Assembly (NCBI GenBank): GCA_963734405.1
Contig: CAVTGX010000004.1
Span: 101,761 to 165,760 of the forward strand
DNA from: an uncultured Actinomycetes bacterium
GTDB taxonomy: Bacteria > Actinomycetota > Thermoleophilia > Solirubrobacterales > 70-9
DNA length: 64,000 bases
Reading direction: 5' to 3'
The notes below the pieces were generated by a model. That model ran no database searches and was not told where the DNA came from. It worked only from the letters and a program-made list of their open reading frames with translations. Positions 23,995-33,156 of this stretch are shown piece by piece. A program made the position numbers and the translations under genes. Position 1 is the first letter of the stretch, and the number at the start of each line of letters is the position of its first letter.

Positions 23995-24921
23995 CTAGCC
24001 GAGCTCGGCCCGCAGCAGGCCGCGCTCCAGCACCGCGCGGACGCCGCCGCCGAGGTCGAGCATCGCGGTGCCGGTGCGCCGCAGGCCGACGACCTGCTCG
24101 GCGTAGCGGGCGGCGCCGGGGACGGGACGGCCGGCGGCGCCGTCGGCGAGGCGCTGGAGGACCAGCCTGCGCAGCGCCGGGGGCAGCTCCTCCAGCCGCT
24201 CGATCGCCACCGTGCCGCGGGGCGTGCCGGCCGAGCCGTCGACCTCGGCGTCGACCAGGGCGTCGAGCACCTCGGCCTCGTCGCGCAGCAGCTCCGCCGT
24301 GCGCAGTACGTTCTGGGCGGCGGCGGGATGGATCGCCCCCAGCTCCGGCAGGAGGCCGTGGCGGACGCGGTTGCGGGCGTAGGTCGGCTCGGCGTTGGTG
24401 CGGTCCTCGCGCCAGGCGAGGCCGCGCCGCTCGCAGTAGGAGGTGGTCTCGGCGCGGGTGAACCCGAGCAGCGGCCGGGCCAGGCTGCCGTCGCGCCGGC
24501 GCATCCCCAGCAGGGCGCGGCGGCTGGGCGAGGAGGCGAGGCGGTAGAGGATGGTCTCGACCTGGTCGTCGGCGGTGTGGCCGGTGAGGATCGTCGCCGC
24601 GGAGGGCAGGGCCAGGCGGGCGGCGGCGGAGTAGCGCGCGTCGCGCGCCCAGGACTGGAGGTTGCCGGGGCCCTCGGGGCGCACCGGGCGCTCCACCACC
24701 AGCTCGGCGCCGAGCGACTCGCTCAGCGAGGCGCAGTGGCGCTCGTCCTCGCCTGCCTCCTCCCGCAGCCCGTAGTTGACGTGCAGGGCGGTGACCGCCC
24801 CGGTGCCGGCGGCGCGGACGGCGAGGTCGAGCAGGCAGACCGAGTCCCGGCCGCCGGAGACCATCGCCACGACCGGCGCCCCGGGCTCGATCAGGCCCTC
24901 GGCGAGCACTCGCTCGAGCAT
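23995..24921 (-). CDS. tilS: tRNA(Ile)-lysidine synthase
   Basis: PP-loop VAMVSGGRDSVCLL, HVNYGLR, TGHTADDQVETILYRL, RPLLGFTRAE. The ORF-track 415-aa entry is over-extended upstream. Confidence 0.85.
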   Translation of the reverse strand: MLERVLAEGLIEPGAPVVAMVSGGRDSVCLLDLAVRAAGTGAVTALHVNYGLREEAGEDERHCASLSESLGAELVVERPVRPEGPGNLQSWARDARYSAAARLALPSAATILTGHTADDQVETILYRLASSPSRRALLGMRRRDGSLARPLLGFTRAETTSYCERRGLAWREDRTNAEPTYARNRVRHGLLPELGAIHPAAAQNVLRTAELLRDEAEVLDALVDAEVDGSAGTPRGTVAIERLEELPPALRRLVLQRLADGAAGRPVPGAARYAEQVVGLRRTGTAMLDLGGGVRAVLERGLLRAELG

Positions 24922-24959
24922 CGCGTCGGCGTCCACGCCCTGAGTGTAGGAGCCGCCGC

Positions 24960-26147
24960 TCAGCCGGCCGCGCGCACGATGAACAGCTCGGTCGGCACCG
25001 GGAAGCCCTTGAGGCTGACGTGGCCGATCGGTTCCCGGCTCAGCCCCTGCTTGCCGTCGATCGCCTCCGCCACCCGGTCGGTCACCAGCAACTCGCCGGC
25101 GAGGGCGCGGCTGACCACGCGGTGGGCCAGGTTGACCTGGCTGCCGAAATAGTCGCCGTCGCGATAGACCACCTCGCCGCAATGGATGCCGACCCGGGGC
25201 TGGGGGCGCTGGGGGAAGCGGGCGAGCAGCCCGACCGCCCACTCGGTCAGCGAGGCGGCGTCGGGGGAGACGACCATCACCTCGTCGCCGATCGTCTTCA
25301 CGATCGTCGCCTCCGGCGGCAGGGTCATCTCGACCGTGACGACGAAGTTCTCGACCACGTCGAGCGCCTCCAGGTCGCCCTCCTCCTCGGTGTAGCGGGT
25401 GAAGCCGGTGAGGTCGATGAAGCAGAGCGCCAGCGTCACCCGGCCGAGGTCGGCCGCGACGGCACCGAGGTCGCTCTCCATGTGGCCGACCACGTCCTGC
25501 TCGACGAAGAAGCGCAGGTAGCGCGTGTGCAGGTATTCGGTCAGCGGCGCCGCCAGCGGCAGGATGTCGGCCGCGAGCTCCCCCATCTCCTCGGCCATCT
25601 CCAGCTCCGGTACCGCGTCGCGGATCATCGGTTCGTGGACGTAGAGGTGGAAGAGGCGGACCTCGGCGTCAGCGATCCGCCGCATCGACTGCACGTAGAC
25701 GCGGACCAGCTGGAGGAAGGCGACCAGCGGGAAGCCGGCTGCGAGGACGCGGGCGCAGTGGCGCATCGCGGCGGCGTCGTCGCGGTTGAGCGTGCGCCTG
25801 CGCCCCTTCGGGGTGCCGAGGATGACGAGGATGCGCTCGACCAGCTCCGGCTCCAGGCCGGTTTCCCGAGCGACCTCGGCGACCGTGACCTGCTCGCCGG
25901 GCTCGGTGAACAGCTCTTCGGCGAAGCCGAAGGCGAGCCTTCCCTCGCGCCCGGCGCTGCGCAGGTCCTCGAGCGAGTAGCCCCGCGCCCGCATCCTCGC
26001 CACCACCCGCGCCTGGGCGGCGGCCGTCGCGGTCCAGCGACCGCGCCTGACCGGGACGATCTTTTCCTGCGCCCAGCGTTTCAGGGTGCTGGCCGGGACC
26101 CCCGATCGGCGCGCCGCCTCGCTCAGGGATATGCGCTCGTCGGCCAC
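24960..26147 (-). CDS. MerR-type HTH fused to a class III adenylate/guanylate cyclase domain
   Basis: N-terminus ISLSEAARRSGVPASTLKRWAQEKIV (MerR-like HTH). C-terminal CHD domain with metal-binding Asp residues (CFIDLTGFT, IKTIGDEVMVV) and RVGIHCGEVV..GSQVNLAHRV. Confidence 0.8.
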   Translation of the reverse strand: MADERISLSEAARRSGVPASTLKRWAQEKIVPVRRGRWTATAAAQARVVARMRARGYSLEDLRSAGREGRLAFGFAEELFTEPGEQVTVAEVARETGLEPELVERILVILGTPKGRRRTLNRDDAAAMRHCARVLAAGFPLVAFLQLVRVYVQSMRRIADAEVRLFHLYVHEPMIRDAVPELEMAEEMGELAADILPLAAPLTEYLHTRYLRFFVEQDVVGHMESDLGAVAADLGRVTLALCFIDLTGFTRYTEEEGDLEALDVVENFVVTVEMTLPPEATIVKTIGDEVMVVSPDAASLTEWAVGLLARFPQRPQPRVGIHCGEVVYRDGDYFGSQVNLAHRVVSRALAGELLVTDRVAEAIDGKQGLSREPIGHVSLKGFPVPTELFIVRAAG

Positions 26148-26216
26148 GCCAGCGAGGCTAGCCGGACGACGGGCGGGAAGCGCCGCGGCCCCGCGTGAGG
26201 GCGGGCGGCGGGCCTC

Positions 26217-26957
26217 TCAGCCGGAGCCAAGCGCTTCGGGCTCGACCGCGGGCCGGCGCACCGCCTGAAAGGCCGCGGCGCCGACGATCGCGCTCACGGT
26301 CGGCCCCGGGTCGCCGTCGGCGACCCGGCCCCGGCTGCGGATCTCGGCCCGTTCGACCTTCTCGACCGCTTCTCTCATCGCGGCGTTCACTTCCGCCCAA
26401 CCCTGCCGGTCGACGGTGACCGCGAGGCCGGTGAAGGTGGTGTCCTCTGCGCTGTCCATCGACCCGTTTCCAAGCGCGGTCACGGAGGCGTCGACGAAGC
26501 TCTGGAGCATCGACCCGCGCAGCCCGTTGAGGAGGACGGGCGGCACGCCGGAGTAGTCGACGTGGTCGAAGCTGGCCCGCGGCTTCAGCCGGTAGAAGCG
26601 CTCGACCGCGCCCCGCACCTGGCGCGTGGCGACGAGTTCGGTCACCTCGCATTCCTCGTAGAGCACCCTGAGGTGGTAGGCGACGTTCCCGAGCGGGACG
26701 CCCATCTCTTCGGAGAGCGACTTGGCGCTCGCCCTTTCGCTGACCAGCCGTTCGAGGATCCGCACCCGAAGTGGATGGCTGAGGGCGCGGGCGATGCCGC
26801 TGATGCCGTCCGCCGATCTGTCTCTTCTCTTCTTCTGTCTTGACACGCGAGCCGCCTCTCGGGCGGTCGCGGGTCGTCGGAGCCCTTGCGTCGGGCCGGT
26901 TTGCCGGTTCCGCCCCGTTGCTTCCAGGGGGTTCTGCAACATCAATCGACCACTCAA
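26217..26957 (-). CDS. ArsR-family winged-helix regulator with ~110-aa C-terminal extension
   Basis: ALSHPLRVRILERLVSERASAKSLSEEMGVPLGNVAYHLRVLYE..RGAVERFYR. The likely start is GTG at 26846. Confidence 0.7.
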   Translation of the reverse strand: MSGRLMLQNPLEATGRNRQTGPTQGLRRPATAREAARVSRQKKRRDRSADGISGIARALSHPLRVRILERLVSERASAKSLSEEMGVPLGNVAYHLRVLYEECEVTELVATRQVRGAVERFYRLKPRASFDHVDYSGVPPVLLNGLRGSMLQSFVDASVTALGNGSMDSAEDTTFTGLAVTVDRQGWAEVNAAMREAVEKVERAEIRSRGRVADGDPGPTVSAIVGAAAFQAVRRPAVEPEALGSG

Positions 26958-27071
26958 GCAATCGATTGCCAGTCAGTCTGCTGGAGCGAGAATTTGGGTG
27001 TCAAGCGTCAAACGGTCGAGCTGGTCAACTGATCAAGTTTTCCTAACCGTCGAGAAATCGTCGGCAAACGC

Positions 27072-27657
27072 TCAGAAGAAGGGCACCTCGAAGCAGCTCT
27101 GAGAGGACGAGACCGAGACCGCGGGCTCGCCCGACGCGCGCATCCGCTCGGCGCTGCGGACCTCGACCTCGAGGATCTCCAGAAACGCGCGCTTGTGGAT
27201 CTCCAGCGCTTCCTGGAGCCCCTCCCGATCGAGCGCGCGCAGAGGCGTCCGCGTCACGTGGAAGTTCTCGTCGGAGCCGAGGATGCCCGCCCTCACCGAG
27301 GCGGTGAAGTCGTCGACCGTCGGCTGCATGAAGTCCGCGAGCAGCCCCTCCCTCAGCAGCGGGTCGAGCGCGTCCCACTCCTCGGTGTCGACCAGGTGGC
27401 GCTCGGTGTGCCGGTAGTAGTGCTTGACCGCGCCTCGGACCTTGGTTTCCTTGACCAGCTCGGCGCAGTCGAGGGCGACCAGGCGCTTCGTGTGGTGGCT
27501 GACGTTCGCGACCCTCTCCCCCAGCTCCGCCGCGATTTCCATCGGGCTCGCCGCCCCACGCTCGATCAGGAACAACAGAATCGCCCGCCGCAGTCGGGTG
27601 GGACATCGCCTTGAGGCGGTTCTCGCTCGCCTGTCGTCGCTGTGCCTTGGTAGCCAT
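27072..27657 (-). CDS. ArsR-family winged-helix regulator (paralog of the previous gene); one frame break near 27590
   Basis: MATKAQRRQASENRLKAMSHPT(RLRRAILLF)LIERGAASPMEIAAELGERVANVSHHTKRLVAL..RGAVKHYYR. It has the same C-terminal extension type (EEWDALDPLLREGLL..). Confidence 0.65.
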
Positions 27658-27701
27658 TTGAATCCTCCCTGGATCTTTCTTGAGCGCTAGATCCTAATTG
27701 G

Positions 27702-27755
27702 TTAGTGAGCAGTTTGCGAAGCATCCGAAAGCCCTTTCCGCAAGCACCTCACTAA
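27702..27755. repeat. 54-bp imperfect palindrome upstream of the ArsR-like gene (candidate operator or hairpin)
   Basis: TTAGTGAG (27702..27709) and CTCACTAA (27748..27755) are exact reverse complements, with partially complementary inner arms (TTGCG / CGCAA). It lies 45 nt upstream of the 27657 start. Confidence 0.4.
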
Positions 27756-27974
27756 TGCTGGAACTTCCTTAAGCAAAGTACGGTCCACCGAGCAGGCAAG
27801 GCAACGCAAGGAAGGAGGTGACCGAAAGTGCTACTTGACACCCGGCGGGTATTTCCGACGACGTCGATCGGCAAGGGAGGCTGATTCCACGGCGGCCACC
27901 CCGTCGTAAACAGCGGGCCGACTCCAAAGCGCCACCCGGGGTCGGCCCGCGATCGAAGCTAGGCTCGCGCGGCG

Positions 27975-28643
27975 ATGCCCTCCCGCCTCCGCCCCACCGC
28001 GCCGATCGCCGCCGACGCGATTCTCGTCGGCGACCCAGGGCGCGCCCTGATGCTGGCCCAGGAGCTGCTCGAGCAGCCGAAGATGTGCAACCACGCGCGC
28101 GGGCTCTGGGGGTACACCGGTGACACCGCGGACGGGCTGGAGCTGACCGTGCAGGCGACCGGCATGGGAGGGCCGAGCGCGGCACTGGTCCTCGCCGACC
28201 TGGCGGAGCTGGGGGTGCGCAGGGCGGTGCGGGTCGGCACCTGCACCGCGATCGACCCGGGTCTCGGGCTCGGCGAGCTACAGGCGGTCGAGGAGGCACG
28301 CGCCTGGGGCGGGCCCGGCGAGCGGCGGGGCGAGGCGGTCCATCCCGACGCGCGGCTCGCGGCGGCGCTGCGGGGCGAGCTGGGCGACGGGGCGCGAGCG
28401 GCGACGATCGCCAGCCTCGACACCCCGCACGGTGGCGGCCCGGCGGAGGCGCCTGCGCCGGCCGGGGATGCCGCCGACATGCAGACCGCGGCCGTCCTGT
28501 CCCGGGGCCGGGCGCTGGGGGTGGCCGTCGCGGCGGTCCTGATCGTCACCGAGACGGCAACCGGCGAGCGCCTCGACGACGACGGCGCGGCCGACGCGGC
28601 GAAGCGGGCCGGCAGGGCCGCCGCGTCCGTACTCTCAGCCTAA
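27975..28643 (+). CDS. PNP/UDP-1 family nucleoside phosphorylase
   Basis: ILVGDPGRALMLA..QATGMGGPSAALVLADLAELGVRRAVRVGTC..ADMQTAAV..AAVLIV. Confidence 0.65.
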   Translation: MPSRLRPTAPIAADAILVGDPGRALMLAQELLEQPKMCNHARGLWGYTGDTADGLELTVQATGMGGPSAALVLADLAELGVRRAVRVGTCTAIDPGLGLGELQAVEEARAWGGPGERRGEAVHPDARLAAALRGELGDGARAATIASLDTPHGGGPAEAPAPAGDAADMQTAAVLSRGRALGVAVAAVLIVTETATGERLDDDGAADAAKRAGRAAASVLSA

Positions 28644-28652
28644 GGTCGAAGG

Positions 28653-29006
28653 TTACTCTTTCGCCGTTTTCGCCGCCGCGCGACGGATCGCGCCGAGGTC
28701 GCGGCCGATCTGGTCGATCTGCTCCTCGAGGTCCTCCAGCCGCTGCGAAAAGGAGCGCAGGCGCCGCTCGAGCCGCTCGACGTCGCTGGCGGAGGAGAGG
28801 TTGAGGGCGCTCATCGCCGCCTGCTGGGCCTCGATCGCCTTCTCCCGCGCCCCGAAGGCAGCCGAGATCGCGTTGTGCAGGGTGGGATTGTCGATCAGCG
28901 CTTGCGCCAGCTCGCCGATCGCCTGCTCGCTGCGAGCGCGCAGGCCGTCGTGCTCGGCGCCGACGCCGTCGCGGTCGCGGTCGTCCTCGATGCTCACGTC
29001 GCCCAC
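28653..29006 (-). CDS. Small coiled-coil protein, phasin/COG3937-like
   Basis: 117 aa. C-terminal LSSASDVERLERRLRSFSQRLEDLEEQIDQI matches the pattern of PHA-granule-regulator-like proteins as I recall it. Weak call. Confidence 0.35.
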   Translation of the reverse strand: MGDVSIEDDRDRDGVGAEHDGLRARSEQAIGELAQALIDNPTLHNAISAAFGAREKAIEAQQAAMSALNLSSASDVERLERRLRSFSQRLEDLEEQIDQIGRDLGAIRRAAAKTAKE

Positions 29007-29226
29007 CTCGCGCCATTCATTGACACCAGCTTAACGAGCGCATCCGGCTCGCCTGAAACGCTGCGTGCGCAGGCATGACGTCAACGTTGATTAAGGCCTT
29101 GTTGGGGGGCGCCCGGCGCCGTTGCGCCCCCCCTGGGGAACGGGTAGCGTGGGCTCGCCTGTCGCGCGGGGAGGATGCGGATGCCGTTTCCGCGATCCGT
29201 GAGAGCGGGTACCGAGGCGCACTGGG

Positions 29227-31551
29227 ATGAGATCCAAGCTCGCACTGATCGTCGTACTCGCCGGCTTCCTGGCGCTGTCGGCAATCGGCGTCACCATCGC
29301 CGGCGCCGACTCCCTCGGCGAAGGGACGCCGGTCGCGCCGGGAACGACGACCACGACGACCGTCCCCTCGCTCCAGGCGCCGGCCTGCTCCAACGGCATC
29401 GACGACGACTCCGACGGGCTGATCGACAGCGCCGACCCCAGCTGCGCCTCCCCCTCCGGGACCAGCGAGGCGCCGGCGCCCGGCGGCTCCGCCGGCGCCC
29501 CGGCCGAAGAAGCGCAGCCGGCCGGGGGCGGGAGCGGCGGCGTCAAGCACGGCGCCACGATCGGCGGCGACGCCGCCGCGGGCGGTGTCGTCCACAACCA
29601 GAGCCTCGGCTCCGCCAACGGCGACGCCGGCGGGGTCAGCGCCCCCAGCGCCACCGGGGGCGGCGACCAGCCGCTGGCCGAAGGCCCGAGCGGGGGCGCC
29701 CAATTCGCGCCCGGCGGCACTCCCACCACGGCGAACCCGACGACGATCTTCGCCCCGTTCGGCCCGGCGCCGATCGGGGTGCCGAACTTCGTCATCGACT
29801 CGTTCGAGATCCCGCCCTTCCTGCTGCCGATCTACCAGGCCTGCGGAACCGAATACGGGATCCCCTGGGAGGTGCTCGCCTCGATCAACAAAATCGAGAC
29901 CGGGTTCGGCACCAACCTCAACGTCTCCAGCGCCGGCGCGGTCGGCTGGATGCAGTTCCTGCCTTCGAGCTGGGCAACCTACGGCCTCGACGCCAACGGC
30001 GACGGCCGCAAGGACCCCTACAACCCGGTCGACGCGATCTGCGCCGCGGCGCACTACCTCAAGGTCGCCGGCGGCACCCACGACCTCTACAACGCGATCC
30101 TCGCCTACAACCACGCCGACTGGTACGCGCAGGAGGTTCTCCTCTACGCCCGTGCCTACGGCAAGCTGCCTTCCGACCTGGTCGGCTCGCTGACCGGGCT
30201 GACCGAGGGGGCGCACTTCCCGATCGCCGCCGACGCCCGCTACGCCGACGACATCTCGGCCCGGGCGGCGCTGAAGAGCTCGACCACCGACACTCGCTCC
30301 TACGGCAACGCGGCGGAAGTGATCTCCTCCTCGCCGACGCGGCGCGGCATCAACGTCTTCAGCCGCGAGGGCGCGCCGGTGGTGGCGGTCAACGACGGCG
30401 TCATCCGCAAGCTGGGCAGCTCGCCGAAGCTGGGCAACTTCGTCGTCCTCGAAGACACCTACGGCAACCGCTACACCTACGCCGAGCTGGGCAAGGTCGT
30501 CCGCGGCCACCGCATGGTGGTGACCTCGGCCGGCAAGGAACGCCAGCTCCCGGTCGAAAGCCAGGACCTGCGGCCGCGCCTGCGGGCCCTGCCCGAACGG
30601 GCCGGCGCGCGCGAGGGCGAGACCTCGCCGAAGGCCGGCTCGGGCGCCGCCGCCAGCACCGCGCAGGCTCCCGTCCAGCGGGCCGTTCCCGCGCCGACCG
30701 ACGGCAGGCTGCGGGTCGGCTCGAAGGTGATCGCCGGCACCGTCCTGGCCCGGGTCGCGGCGGCGCGGGGCGGCGTCGACCCGCACATCAACTTCGCGAT
30801 CCGACCGGCCGGGCGGGGCGCCCCGAGGATCGACCCCAAGCCGATCCTCGACGGCTGGAAGCTGCTCGAAGCGACCGCGATCTACCGGGCCAAGGGCAAG
30901 AGCCCGTTCGCCGCGCGACTCAGCGGCGCCGGCGTGCTGCTGCTCTCCAAGGAGGCGCTACAGCAGCGGGTGCTGGCCGACAAGGGCCTCTCGATCTACC
31001 CCTGCGGCCGCAACGACGTCGCCACCGGTCAGATCGACCGCCGGGTGCTGGCGATGCTCGAGTACCTGCGCGCGAAAGGCTTCGAACTGACGATCACCTC
31101 GCTCAAGTGCGGCCACAGCTTCCTCACCAGCTCCGGCAACGTCTCCGAGCACAGCACCGGCGACGCGGTCGACATCGCGGTCATCGACGGAGTGCCGGTG
31201 ACCGGCCACCAGGGGCCGGGGACGCTCACCGATCAGCTGATCCACGACGTGCTCCAGCTCCAGGGCCCGATGCAGCCGCACCAGGTGATCTCGCTCGAGG
31301 ACCTGCCCGGCGAAACCAGCTTCGCCCTGCCCGACCACTTCGACCACGTCCACGTCGGCTACTACGCCCTCGCCGGCGGCAGCCCGCTCGGGGGGCAGTT
31401 CCCGGCGATGCTGAAACCCGAACAGTGGCAGCGCCTGATCCGCAGGCTCGGCGAGATCGAAAACCCGAACGTGCCGGTCGGGCCGTCGCGCTACTCCGTG
31501 CCGGACCGCGAAAAGGGCGGCAACGGCGGCGCGCCCGCCGGCGACGAATAG
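29227..31551 (+). CDS. Secreted three-module cell-wall hydrolase: lytic transglycosylase (SLT_2-like) + degenerate LytM/M23 + LAS (M15/VanY-like) metallopeptidase
   Basis: Signal peptide MRSKLALIVVLAGFLALSAIGVTIAGA. SLT-like INKIETGFG..GWMQFLPSSW. M23-like fold lacking its metal ligands (GINVFSREGAPVVAVNDG.., YTYAELG, PHINFAIRP). C-terminal SEHSTGDAVDI .. DHFDHVHVG (SxHxxGxAxD + HxH). Confidence 0.75.
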   Translation: MRSKLALIVVLAGFLALSAIGVTIAGADSLGEGTPVAPGTTTTTTVPSLQAPACSNGIDDDSDGLIDSADPSCASPSGTSEAPAPGGSAGAPAEEAQPAGGGSGGVKHGATIGGDAAAGGVVHNQSLGSANGDAGGVSAPSATGGGDQPLAEGPSGGAQFAPGGTPTTANPTTIFAPFGPAPIGVPNFVIDSFEIPPFLLPIYQACGTEYGIPWEVLASINKIETGFGTNLNVSSAGAVGWMQFLPSSWATYGLDANGDGRKDPYNPVDAICAAAHYLKVAGGTHDLYNAILAYNHADWYAQEVLLYARAYGKLPSDLVGSLTGLTEGAHFPIAADARYADDISARAALKSSTTDTRSYGNAAEVISSSPTRRGINVFSREGAPVVAVNDGVIRKLGSSPKLGNFVVLEDTYGNRYTYAELGKVVRGHRMVVTSAGKERQLPVESQDLRPRLRALPERAGAREGETSPKAGSGAAASTAQAPVQRAVPAPTDGRLRVGSKVIAGTVLARVAAARGGVDPHINFAIRPAGRGAPRIDPKPILDGWKLLEATAIYRAKGKSPFAARLSGAGVLLLSKEALQQRVLADKGLSIYPCGRNDVATGQIDRRVLAMLEYLRAKGFELTITSLKCGHSFLTSSGNVSEHSTGDAVDIAVIDGVPVTGHQGPGTLTDQLIHDVLQLQGPMQPHQVISLEDLPGETSFALPDHFDHVHVGYYALAGGSPLGGQFPAMLKPEQWQRLIRRLGEIENPNVPVGPSRYSVPDREKGGNGGAPAGDE

Positions 31552-31568
31552 CCGCCAGAATCCGGCCC

Positions 31569-32441
31569 CTGGCCCCCCTGTTCGGATTTGCCCAGCTCGA
31601 CTACGCCGGCACGCTGCCGCTGGCGGACGGCCGCTACCTGGCGCGCGACGCCGAGGGCGAGAGCGTCCTCGTCGTGCGGACCCTGGGCGCCCCGGCGCCG
31701 CCGCCGAAGCGCCGCCGCCGCGCCCGCGGGGCCGACCCTGGCGCCCAGCCCTCCCCCCTGCCGCTCGCGCGCGTCACCGCGATCCGCGCCTTCGCCCCGT
31801 TCGACGCCACGGGCGACGCCGCGCGCTGGCTCGACGAGGCGACCGAGGCCGAGGACACCGCGGACACCCTGGTGGCGGACGCGGTCGCCCTGCTCAACCG
31901 CGCCCTGCACGCGCACGCGGCGGCGGGAGCGGACCCCCACGCCCACGAGCTGACGCCGGAGCGGGCGGTGGCGGTGCGGATCGGCTACGGCAGCGGCGAG
32001 CAGACGGCCGCCGGGGAGTTCGCCGAGGCGCGCGAGGTCGACGTCTGGGCCAGCGGCGCCTCGCGCCGGCGGCGGCGCCAGGAAGACCTGCGCCCGCAGG
32101 AACGGGTCGCCGGGGTGCTGGGCGGCCGCGAGCGGATCGACGCCTGCGAGACGCTCCTGCTGCGCGCCCGCGCCGACCTCGACGCCGGCCGCGAGCGGGA
32201 GGCGGCACTACAGCTGCGGGTCGGCCTGGAGGCGCTGCTGGTCGAGCTGACCGACGCCATCAGGGACCCAGCCCACGAGGAGGACATGGCGATTTTGAGC
32301 GCGCGGCGCGGGGAGGCCGGCGAGGCGGCGAACGTCGCCCTGAGCGGCGAGCTCGACGCCGAGCGCGGGACGAACGTGCGCGAGCTGCTGGAGATCTGCG
32401 AGCGGGTGCTGCGCCGCCGCCGGATCCTCAGCGGTCAGTAA
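31569..32441 (+). CDS. Hypothetical helical protein; start codon uncertain
   Basis: Coding-looking text (LFGFAQLDYAGTLPLADGRYLARDAEGESVLVVR ... LLEICERVLRRRRILSGQ) lies in the frame that reads through from upstream. There is no ATG/GTG/TTG near the apparent N-terminus. Confidence 0.35.
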   Translation: MAPLFGFAQLDYAGTLPLADGRYLARDAEGESVLVVRTLGAPAPPPKRRRRARGADPGAQPSPLPLARVTAIRAFAPFDATGDAARWLDEATEAEDTADTLVADAVALLNRALHAHAAAGADPHAHELTPERAVAVRIGYGSGEQTAAGEFAEAREVDVWASGASRRRRRQEDLRPQERVAGVLGGRERIDACETLLLRARADLDAGREREAALQLRVGLEALLVELTDAIRDPAHEEDMAILSARRGEAGEAANVALSGELDAERGTNVRELLEICERVLRRRRILSGQ

Positions 32442-32456
32442 CCCTCAGGTTGAGGC

Positions 32457-33122
32457 TTAGGCTCCGAGGGCGAGGCGGGCCGAGATCGTCTCGTCCAGCA
32501 GGGACTCGGCGATGTGGTGGGCCTCTTCTAGCGCCACGCCCTCGATCGAGGGGATGCCGATCACGGTCAGACCGGCGGCGCGGGCGGCGGCGACCCCGGT
32601 CGGGGAGTCCTCCAGCGCGACCACAGCGGGGCCGGCCTGTACGCCGAGCCGCCGGCATGCCTCCAGGTAGGGGTCGGGGGCGGGCTTCGGCGCCGCCACC
32701 TCGTGGGCGCTGAGGACGACGTCGAAGCGATCCTCGAAGCCGACCAGCTCCAGCGACCGGCGCACGAAGGCGAGCGGGGAGTTGGAGACGAGGCCGATCG
32801 GGGTCCCCCGCTCCCTCAGCGCGCCGAGCAGCTCGCGGGCGCCGACCATCGCCTCCACCCCGTGCTCCAGCTCGGCGACGACGAGCGCGTTCAGCTCCTC
32901 GATCAGCTCGGCGGCGCGACCCGGCTCGCCCAGCCGCCGTTCCAGCACACCGCCGGCGATCTCGGCCGAGGTGCCGACCAGCTCGCGCTTGTCGGCCGGG
33001 CTGAACTCGGTGCCCCGCCGCTCGAACAGGTCCTCCTCGGCCCTGGTCCAGACCGACTCGGTATCCAGCAGCAGGCCGTCGTTGTCGAAGACGACGGCGT
33101 CGGGGGCGGTGGCGGGCTCCAC
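32457..33122 (-). CDS. HAD-superfamily hydrolase (beta-phosphoglucomutase-like subfamily)
   Basis: VVFDNDGLLLDTE (DxDxT), LVSNS, KPAPDPY, LEDSPTGVAAARAAG. Confidence 0.8.
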   Translation of the reverse strand: MEPATAPDAVVFDNDGLLLDTESVWTRAEEDLFERRGTEFSPADKRELVGTSAEIAGGVLERRLGEPGRAAELIEELNALVVAELEHGVEAMVGARELLGALRERGTPIGLVSNSPLAFVRRSLELVGFEDRFDVVLSAHEVAAPKPAPDPYLEACRRLGVQAGPAVVALEDSPTGVAAARAAGLTVIGIPSIEGVALEEAHHIAESLLDETISARLALGA

Positions 33123-33156
33123 CGCCGCATCATCGCGAACCGGCTAAGTTCGCGGC

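Noticed and set aside
29017-30786. 589-aa minus-strand ORF antisense to the cell-wall hydrolase gene. Similar long ORFs occur at 14870..17080(+), 13258..14748(+), 10992..12341(+), 21703..23403(+), 25020..26198(+) and 9999..10904(+).
   Set aside because: All are Arg/Gly/Ala/Pro-rich, low-complexity translations antisense to genes with clear family motifs. This is the expected artefact of stop-codon-poor high-GC DNA.
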